Source: an uncultured bacterium
GTDB taxonomy: Bacteria > Latescibacterota > UBA2968
NCBI GenBank assembly: GCA_964471275.1
Contig: CAYYGZ010000018.1
Span: forward strand, 1 to 32,557
Direction: 5' to 3'
Length of the DNA: 32,557 nucleotides
Shown here: positions 26,063 to 32,557 of the stretch, piece by piece
How the letters are laid out: every line of letters begins with the position of its first letter
Numbering within the stretch: the stretch's first letter is position 1
Position numbers and translations under genes: made by a program
The notes under the pieces: generated by a model
Database searches by the model: none
Seen by the model: only the letters and a program-made list of their open reading frames with translations
What the model was told of the DNA's origin: nothing

Positions 26063-29000
26063 TTGCAGCTCTGGCGCCGGATCTTGCTCAGTTTTATGGT
26101 GGTAAGTCTCGTAAGCTCTCAAGCTTCTGCTCAGGAGTACTTTGGGAAGAACAAGGTCAGTCTGGGTGATTTCGATTGGCACTTCATCGAGACCGAGCAT
26201 TTTACGATCTACTTCGACAAGAACTCCCTGCCTGTAGCCGAGTTTGCCGCGAAGGAGGCGGAGCGTTCGCTAGTCGAGATCGAAGAGGCGCTGAACTACG
26301 AGATGAAGGGACGCTATCCTCTTGTCTTTTACAACTCTCATAACGGGTTCGCTGTCAGCAACATATCCAGCAGTGAACTGACTGAGTTTACGGGTGGATT
26401 TACCGAGTTTGCCCAGGGACGTGTGGTAATACCCTATACGGGTTCCTACGCAGATTTTCGCCACGTCATCCACCACGAGCTCGTTCACTCGGTGACCGTG
26501 GAACTGTGGACGGGTGGCGGGTGGTTGGGTGCAATGCTGAACCAGCAGGCGACAATCCCGCCGCTGTGGGTTGTGGAAGGGATTGCAGAGTTTCTTTCGC
26601 GTCGCGGCTGGGATGTCCCGGCGGACAACCAGATGCGGGATGCCACGATCACGGGTTACGTCCCTCCGATCGAGTTTATTCCGCAAGGCGGGTTGTTCGC
26701 GTACAAGGGTGGCCAATCCATCTTCTACATGATCGAGCAGGAGTACGGTCGCGAGAAGGTGGGACAGGTGATCCGGGATGTGAGGACGGCCAAGACGATC
26801 GACAAGGCGCTAAAATCCGCTCTGGGCATCGGCATCGAGGAACTGAATGAGAAATGGCACATCTGGCTGAAGCGACAGCACTGGAACGAGATCAACAAGC
26901 ACGACAGCCCGGATGAAATCGCAAAATCGCTGACCGACAGGGACGAGGAAGGCGGATTCTTCAATCTGGCGCCGCAGTTCTCGCCTCAAGGCGACAAGAT
27001 CGCCTATCTGTCCGACCGGAACGGAACTTTCGATATCTACCTGCGCTCGGCCATTGACGGTAAGGATTTGGGCCGTCTGGTCGAAGGAGAAAAGTCGAGC
27101 GACTTCGAGTGGATGTTCGTGCTAAGGCCGGGTATCACCTGGTCCCCGGATGGCCGGTATATCGCATTCGCCGCGAAGTCCAAGAACAAGAACACGCTCT
27201 ACACCTTGGATGTGAAGCGTCGTCGTCTGAAGAAGCGGTTCAACTTCGATTTGGATGGACTGTTTGAGCCCGCCTGGTCTCCTGATGGTAGCCAGATCGC
27301 CTTCTCGGGTCTGAAGAATGGCTGGTCGGATATCTATATCGTGGATCTGGACAGCGACGCGCTGCATCGCATTACGCACGATCCCTACGACGAGACGAAC
27401 CTGGAATGGTCGCCGGATGGCAAGTGGATCGCGATGAGTTCAGATCACCCGGATGAGAATCTCACCTTCGATGGACGGAAGGATTTCGATTACGGTCAGT
27501 ACGATATCTTTGTCATTCGTCCCGATGGTTCAGAGATCAAACGCGTGATCGCGAATGACGCGCAGGAGTCCTACCCCAAGTGGGGACCCGAGGGGAAGAA
27601 GATCGCCTACATTTCGAATCGGACGGGTGTCGGGAACATTTATGTTTCGGATATCGACGGGGAGGAGAAAGAACTGGCGGTGACGAACCTGCTTGCCAGT
27701 GCGCTGGACTATGATTGGTCACCCGATGGGAAGAAGATGGTGTTTACCGTCTTTCACAAGGGCGGCTATGACGTGTTCATACTCAAGAATCCGCTCGGCA
27801 AACGGAAGGATCCGTTGGAGCTTCCGCTGACAAGAATCGCAAAACGGACCCAGGGCGTCGAGGACAAGACATTTGTCGAGATTCAAAGAGAACGGACACA
27901 ATCGGAGCAGGATTCGGTCGCATCCGCGCAGGAGGACGAGCTGGATCAGGCGACCCTCGCGGCCGAGGGAGCGTCGGAGATTGCCGGTGAAGGCGATGGG
28001 GGATCGGAGAGCGGATCATCTGAAAAGCTCGAACAGTGGGTTTCAGACCAGGTTGCTCTGGCGGCTGAAGAGGCAGAGGAAGAGCAAATAGCGGCGTCCG
28101 GGGAGGAGTCCGGTAGCCCAGACACTGATGATTCGAATACGGTGACGCTCGATGATTGGGAGCACGAATTCAAAGTCAGCAAATACAAAGTGCAGTTCAA
28201 ACCAGAGATTTTTGCCGCGAATGCTGGTTTTGATACCTTCTACGGTGTCAGCGGATTGGCTCAATTCTCGCTCAGCGATGTTATGGGAGATCACCGACTC
28301 TCGTTGCTCACCAGCCTCAATTTCTCGATAGAGGACAGCGATTTCTACCTGACGTATGCCTATCTGAAGCGGCAGACCAACTACTTCAGCACGGCGTTCC
28401 ACACTCGCCTATTCTTCTTCAGCGGAAATCAGCTGTTCGCCGATCGGTACTACGGGCTGAGCAGCGCGATCGAACGACCGTTCAATCGGTTCAGTCGTGT
28501 CGAGGCGAGTCTCCGGTTTATCACAATTCAGAGAGACCAGTTCCCGAACTCGCTGAATCCGTTCGTGAACAATGGTTTCTTCGGGGGGCCGACACAGAAC
28601 AGCAGCGGCGTGACGATCCGGACCGACCGGGCAGCGATCCCGCAGCTTGCGCTGGTCGATGACAACACAAGATCGGAGTTCTTTGGCCCGATTTCCGGGC
28701 GGCGCGCGCGACTGGATCTCGAAGGGAGCCCGGCCGGGTTGGAATTCTTCACGGTTTCGGGCGACTATCGGAAGTATATGCGGATGCTCGACCAGTATAC
28801 GTTTGCGGTGCGTGCTGCGGGCGGAACGAGCTTTGGCCGGAACCGCACACGGTTCTTTGTCGGAGGCGTGAACAACACGGTAAACCCTACTTTCTCGACG
28901 ATCGCGAGTGTGCCGACCAGCGAGGTATTCTTTTCGAGCTTTGTCTGGCCGCTCCGCGGTATCGAATTGTTTGAAACTGCGGGTGATTCTTACCTTCTCA

Positions 29001-29311
29001 GCAACATCGCCTTCCGGTTCCCGCTGTTTCACCAGATCGCGATGGGGTGGCCGCTGCCGTTCTTTTTTCAGAACGTTCAGGGAGAGTTGTTTCTGGACGT
29101 CGGCGGCGCATTCGATCGACGGGATTTCGATCCGTGGGAGGCCCGGGATGGTGGGTTCGAGCTGCGGGATCTGAAAGGTGGGTATGGATTCGGGACGCGA
29201 GTCAATCTTGGGCTGTTTATCTTCCGGTATGACATCGCGTGGCCGACGGACTTTTCTCAGTCCTTCCATCCCCTCCAGTATTTCTCGATCGATATCAACG
29301 GCGTCTTCTAG
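26063..29311 (+). CDS. Outer-membrane Omp85 (BamA/TamA-type barrel) protein with an N-terminal MA-clan peptidase-like domain and a TolB/PD40 beta-propeller
   Basis: Signal peptide; YFGKNKV; HHELVH...PLWVVEGIAE; repeated WSPDG; acidic linker; beta strands, DYRKY, PLRG, GYGFGTR, terminal Phe. Confidence 0.88.
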   Translation: MQLWRRILLSFMVVSLVSSQASAQEYFGKNKVSLGDFDWHFIETEHFTIYFDKNSLPVAEFAAKEAERSLVEIEEALNYEMKGRYPLVFYNSHNGFAVSNISSSELTEFTGGFTEFAQGRVVIPYTGSYADFRHVIHHELVHSVTVELWTGGGWLGAMLNQQATIPPLWVVEGIAEFLSRRGWDVPADNQMRDATITGYVPPIEFIPQGGLFAYKGGQSIFYMIEQEYGREKVGQVIRDVRTAKTIDKALKSALGIGIEELNEKWHIWLKRQHWNEINKHDSPDEIAKSLTDRDEEGGFFNLAPQFSPQGDKIAYLSDRNGTFDIYLRSAIDGKDLGRLVEGEKSSDFEWMFVLRPGITWSPDGRYIAFAAKSKNKNTLYTLDVKRRRLKKRFNFDLDGLFEPAWSPDGSQIAFSGLKNGWSDIYIVDLDSDALHRITHDPYDETNLEWSPDGKWIAMSSDHPDENLTFDGRKDFDYGQYDIFVIRPDGSEIKRVIANDAQESYPKWGPEGKKIAYISNRTGVGNIYVSDIDGEEKELAVTNLLASALDYDWSPDGKKMVFTVFHKGGYDVFILKNPLGKRKDPLELPLTRIAKRTQGVEDKTFVEIQRERTQSEQDSVASAQEDELDQATLAAEGASEIAGEGDGGSESGSSEKLEQWVSDQVALAAEEAEEEQIAASGEESGSPDTDDSNTVTLDDWEHEFKVSKYKVQFKPEIFAANAGFDTFYGVSGLAQFSLSDVMGDHRLSLLTSLNFSIEDSDFYLTYAYLKRQTNYFSTAFHTRLFFFSGNQLFADRYYGLSSAIERPFNRFSRVEASLRFITIQRDQFPNSLNPFVNNGFFGGPTQNSSGVTIRTDRAAIPQLALVDDNTRSEFFGPISGRRARLDLEGSPAGLEFFTVSGDYRKYMRMLDQYTFAVRAAGGTSFGRNRTRFFVGGVNNTVNPTFSTIASVPTSEVFFSSFVWPLRGIELFETAGDSYLLSNIAFRFPLFHQIAMGWPLPFFFQNVQGELFLDVGGAFDRRDFDPWEARDGGFELRDLKGGYGFGTRVNLGLFIFRYDIAWPTDFSQSFHPLQYFSIDINGVF

Positions 29312-29386
29312 GTCTCACCCGAAACCGTCGTATTGCACGGGCGCCTTCACCGGTTGTAGTGGGGGCGCTCCCCTGTTGGGGGCTTT

Positions 29387-29578
29387 GTGGAGGAAGTTTC
29401 GTGTCGCGCCTGTGGGACGGTCTATGCGCGGCTTGACATCAGATGTCCAAAGTGTGGGACAGTGACAAGACTCGACGCTGCGGACAAGAGTCCGTGTCGT
29501 GCGTGCAGGCTGTTTGCGGTAGTGTCTGTTGTCCTTCTGCTGTTCTGGCTCTACGTGTTCCTGAGTCAGACACCGTGA
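29387..29578 (+). CDS. Small zinc-ribbon membrane protein
   Basis: CRAC...CPKC...CRAC followed by a hydrophobic TM segment (LFAVVSVVLLLFWLYVFL). Confidence 0.6.
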   Translation: MEEVSCRACGTVYARLDIRCPKCGTVTRLDAADKSPCRACRLFAVVSVVLLLFWLYVFLSQTP

Positions 29579-29600
29579 GCGACGATTGAGCAGGTGTGAG

Positions 29601-29924
29601 GTGAGCGCGAAGAGCGAATACATCGTCGGGCTGAGCCATCTGACTCAGGAGGATCTTCCGGAAGCAGAAGAGTTCTTTCGTCGGAGCGTTTTGTCAGATC
29701 CGGTTTTCGGGTTGGGATACCTAGGGCTCTGTCAGGTACTGGATCGGCTTGGGCGAGTCGACGAGGCGATCCAGGCAGCGGTAAAGGCGATCGAGCTGAT
29801 GCCTGCAGATCCGCTGCCGCACGCGAGCCTATCGCGACTGTATCAGCAGAAGGACATGATTGATGAAGCAGAGGCCGAGATGGCGATTTCGATGCGGATG
29901 CAGAACGAGGCGGGGGGGGGCTAG
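29601..29924 (+). CDS. Tetratricopeptide repeat protein
   Basis: GYLGLCQVLDRLGRVDEAIQAAVKAIELMP-type TPR units. Start at GTG 29601 or TTG 29586. Confidence 0.8.
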   Translation: MSAKSEYIVGLSHLTQEDLPEAEEFFRRSVLSDPVFGLGYLGLCQVLDRLGRVDEAIQAAVKAIELMPADPLPHASLSRLYQQKDMIDEAEAEMAISMRMQNEAGGG

Positions 29925-29926
29925 GA

Positions 29927-30919
29927 TTACGATTTCCTGTCTCGTCGATTCCAGACCAGCGCGATCAGCCCGGGACCGCCGAGCACGAGGAATCCGATGT
30001 AGACGAGGCCGTGCACAACCGTCGCAAAGGCTACGGCCTCTTCCAGCGGTATCCCGTAGAGACCGCTCAGCGCGCGGCTGCAGAAATAGTGGTAGGTCCC
30101 CGTCCCACCAGGTGTGGGGATGATGATGCCGAGGGTAGCAACCGTTACGACGACTAGGGCATCCATCGGGCCCATGTCGTAGCGGTCGTGAAAACCGAAC
30201 CCGATGAACGGCAGATACAGCGACCCGATGTAGGCGAGGTTCAGTAAGACCGACCAGATGGCTATCCCCGCGTAACCTTTCGGTGAACGGATGGCCTCAG
30301 TCCCTCTCAGGAACGACCTGGCCAGGTCGAGGACACGTGTCACCCACCGAATCTTGATCCCCGATTCCAGTCGATCGATCAGCTTCTCACCAAGAAACGA
30401 CAGCGCCAGTAGAAACATCGTGACCGCCAGTATGAAGAGCGTGGCAGTCGTCATCATCCCGGCCATCCAGGGGAACACCTCCTCGAGACGATCACGGATG
30501 ACAAAGGCGATGACCACAAACATCACCAGAAGGGCCACGAGGTCAATCAGCCTCTCCACGGCGACCGTCGCGACAAGCCCGGACATCCGTTCCGGATTCT
30601 TGTCGATGGCCCATATCTTGGCTACTTCCCCGGCACGGGGGATGAGGTTGTTCCCGGCGTAACCGATGATGATGGCCATGAAGAGCTTGCGTATCGGGAC
30701 ATCGGGCAGAATAGGTGTCATCAGGATCCGCCAGCGGTAGGCCCGTGGATAGGTCGCAAGAAGGACCAGAACCAGACTGCCGAGTATCCAGAAGGCGTCG
30801 GTGTCGAGGAGGACCTGCCAGACTGTTTGCAGATCGACGCTTCGGAAGGCCGACCACAGAAAGAACCCGGCAAGGCACAGGCCGGCGAACAGCTTTAGCA
30901 CATCCCTGAGCGATGCCAC
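29927..30919 (-). CDS. Lysylphosphatidylglycerol synthase TM-domain (UPF0104) flippase-like protein
   Basis: RAYRW, GYAGNNLIPRAGE, ERLID, IPTPGGTG and multiple TM helices. Confidence 0.9.
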   Translation of the reverse strand: MASLRDVLKLFAGLCLAGFFLWSAFRSVDLQTVWQVLLDTDAFWILGSLVLVLLATYPRAYRWRILMTPILPDVPIRKLFMAIIIGYAGNNLIPRAGEVAKIWAIDKNPERMSGLVATVAVERLIDLVALLVMFVVIAFVIRDRLEEVFPWMAGMMTTATLFILAVTMFLLALSFLGEKLIDRLESGIKIRWVTRVLDLARSFLRGTEAIRSPKGYAGIAIWSVLLNLAYIGSLYLPFIGFGFHDRYDMGPMDALVVVTVATLGIIIPTPGGTGTYHYFCSRALSGLYGIPLEEAVAFATVVHGLVYIGFLVLGGPGLIALVWNRRDRKS

Positions 30920-30921
30920 GG

Positions 30922-31947
30922 CTATGCGGCCCCGGCAAGGAGGTCCATCTGCTTACGATGCTCGACCGAGAGCATTTCGCTCGCTTCATCCGGTAGCAGG
31001 CCTTCGTGAACGACTCCGTAGACAGCCGCGGCCACCGCTGCCGGGTCGTGGTTGCCCGGATGATGGACATTCCGCCCAACAAGCGCACCCCTGACGTTCG
31101 GGCCTGCGGCCATGCCGGCTGAAAACTCGTGGAAGATCCTGGTGGGATCCCCTGTAGATTCACCACCGAGCATGAGCACGGGGCAGGTCGTTGACTGAAC
31201 GACTTTACCGTAGTTCTCGCAGTAGGGGATCTTTATCCACGTTCCCAGTGATGACTTGCCGAGGCCGGCTGCGACACCGATCGTCTTGATCAGTGCTCCC
31301 GGCTCCTTGACAACCTTGTAGCCTGTGTCGGTGCGTTCGACCGGCAACGGCTCGAGATACATCGGGATGCCTCGGGCCACGCACGAATCGATCGCCCCGG
31401 CACAAGCCGTGATCGTTTTCAAGACATCCGGGGACGTCGTGTCCAGCCGAAACATGGCCTTTGCGGCATCGATGCCGCTCTCGACGATCTGGTCCACGGT
31501 GTACGCAGTGAAGGTGTCATCCATTTCGAATGTGGCGCCCGCGAGCCCGCCACGGTTCATGGTCCCGACCATGATGCGACCATCCAGCATTGAGTCGATA
31601 CCGCCGGCTACTAGAAGACTATCCAGGATCAGGAGGTCCTCGAGTATGTCGGGTGTTCCGAGTATGCCGTCGCAGTTTGGTGTGGTGAGAACACGGATCA
31701 GACGTCCCAGGTAGCTGTGTCGGTTCCCCATGCGCATGCTGTCCCCGGCTGCGGATGTGACCGCACGTGCGGGATGGTCGGCGGCGAGGATCACGACGTG
31801 ACCGTCAGGTCGCACCCACCGATCCGGACGCTTCCGATTTCTCGCGTGCCTCCCGGCAGCACCTGGGTCGTTGATCCGGATGTCCGTGATCCGATCGTAG
31901 AGAGCGGTCGGGAAGAACTCTTCTATCCTGAACGGGTTACTGTCCAT
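30922..31947 (-). CDS. Cgl0159-like class I aldolase-fold protein
   Basis: ILAADHPAR, DGILGTPDILEDL, GTMNRGGLAGATFEMDD, LEP, WIKIP, LMLGG, GALVGRN. Confidence 0.8.
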   Translation of the reverse strand: MDSNPFRIEEFFPTALYDRITDIRINDPGAAGRHARNRKRPDRWVRPDGHVVILAADHPARAVTSAAGDSMRMGNRHSYLGRLIRVLTTPNCDGILGTPDILEDLLILDSLLVAGGIDSMLDGRIMVGTMNRGGLAGATFEMDDTFTAYTVDQIVESGIDAAKAMFRLDTTSPDVLKTITACAGAIDSCVARGIPMYLEPLPVERTDTGYKVVKEPGALIKTIGVAAGLGKSSLGTWIKIPYCENYGKVVQSTTCPVLMLGGESTGDPTRIFHEFSAGMAAGPNVRGALVGRNVHHPGNHDPAAVAAAVYGVVHEGLLPDEASEMLSVEHRKQMDLLAGAA

Positions 31948-32557
31948 ATCCCAGATTTCTCAAAGCGTGATCCTTCTTTCTCCAATTATGGATGACCTTT
32001 ACGTGCAGGTCGAGAAACACGGGATGCTGCAGGAATTTCTCGATACGCTCACGTGCGTGTTTTCCGATGTCACGAAGTGTCCGGCCGCCCCTGCCGATTA
32101 CGATCCCCTTCTGTGAATTTCGCTCCACGATAATGTTCGCTCCGATATAGATCTTCTTTCTGTCCTCATCGAATGTCTCCACCTGAATCGCAATGGCATA
32201 GGGCAGTTCCTGCCGGAGTCGGTTGAATATTTCCTCACGGATGAGCTCCTCGCAGAAGAATCGCTCGGGCTCTTCTGTGAGCACGTCTTCGGGGTAGAAT
32301 CGAGGACCGAGGGGGAGGGTGGTTTCCAGCCGGTCCCTGAGTTCCATCACGCCTCGACCGGTCAATGCAGAAAGAGCCGTGGTGTGAGTGGTGGTGACGG
32401 CTTCATCGATTCGCCGGAGAGATTGGTCGGTCTGCTCTGGGCTGACCAGATCCGTCTTGTTGATTACGGCGACCAGGGGAACGGAGTGGCCACTCACTGA
32501 CTGAACGACCTCTTTGTCGAAGGTTCTATCCATATCTGTCGCGTCGACCAAGCAGAG
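31937..32557 (-). CDS. era: GTPase Era, C-terminal part (5' end outside the window)
   Basis: NKTD (G4), SAL (G5), ELIRE, QELPY, VERNSQKGIVIGRGG (KH domain), VFLDLHVKV..NWR. Confidence 0.95.
   Translation of the reverse strand, partial: LCLVDATDMDRTFDKEVVQSVSGHSVPLVAVINKTDLVSPEQTDQSLRRIDEAVTTTHTTALSALTGRGVMELRDRLETTLPLGPRFYPEDVLTEEPERFFCEELIREEIFNRLRQELPYAIAIQVETFDEDRKKIYIGANIIVERNSQKGIVIGRGGRTLRDIGKHARERIEKFLQHPVFLDLHVKVIHNWRKKDHALRNLGYGQ

Noticed and set aside
26960..27790. Recurring TGGTCNCCNGATGG nucleotide repeats
   Set aside because: These are coding repeats (WSPDG of PD40 blades), not CRISPR or non-coding repeats.
1..32557. CRISPR arrays, tRNA, rRNA and intact IS elements
   Set aside because: No regularly spaced repeats, cloverleaf/T-loop signatures, rRNA motifs or transposase ORFs were seen by eye.

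Overview
A ~58% GC bacterial chromosomal segment, mostly housekeeping and metabolic genes. Gene styles (DUF3500, WD40/peptidase-Omp85, HTH-MBL fusion) suggest an FCB/PVC-related lineage such as Latescibacterota or Gemmatimonadota; this is inference only. Recognisable genes are a YgiQ radical SAM protein, an RsmJ-like methyltransferase, a GNAT, DUF3500, two orphan response regulators (one GlnR-like), uxuA, an HD hydrolase, a LON-domain protein, DsbD, a LysR regulator, accD, aroQ, a Pof1-like nucleotidyltransferase, a sugar-phosphate isomerase, sucD, rpiA, an MBL hydrolase, a large peptidase/beta-propeller/Omp85 protein, a TPR protein, a UPF0104 flippase-like protein, a Cgl0159-like aldolase and a partial era. 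There are four gene relics: a tyrosine integrase, an alpha/beta-hydrolase tail, a sulfatase and a sigma-54 activator. The most unusual items are: (i) a translationally coupled pair, a DksA/TraR-type C4 zinc finger fused to an unknown helical domain followed by an unknown helical protein, lying divergent from the GlnR-like regulator with an orphan terminator or possible ~50-nt sRNA between them; (ii) a secreted PHP-HEAT-CBM9-like protein whose PHP metal ligands appear all lost, inside a LysR-dsbD-LON-HD operon; (iii) a sigma-54 promoter with a perfect IHF site in front of the Omp85 fusion gene; (iv) a probably leaderless Pof1-like NMN adenylyltransferase. No rRNA, tRNA or CRISPR array was seen. 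All family calls come from motif recognition by eye, not from database searches.
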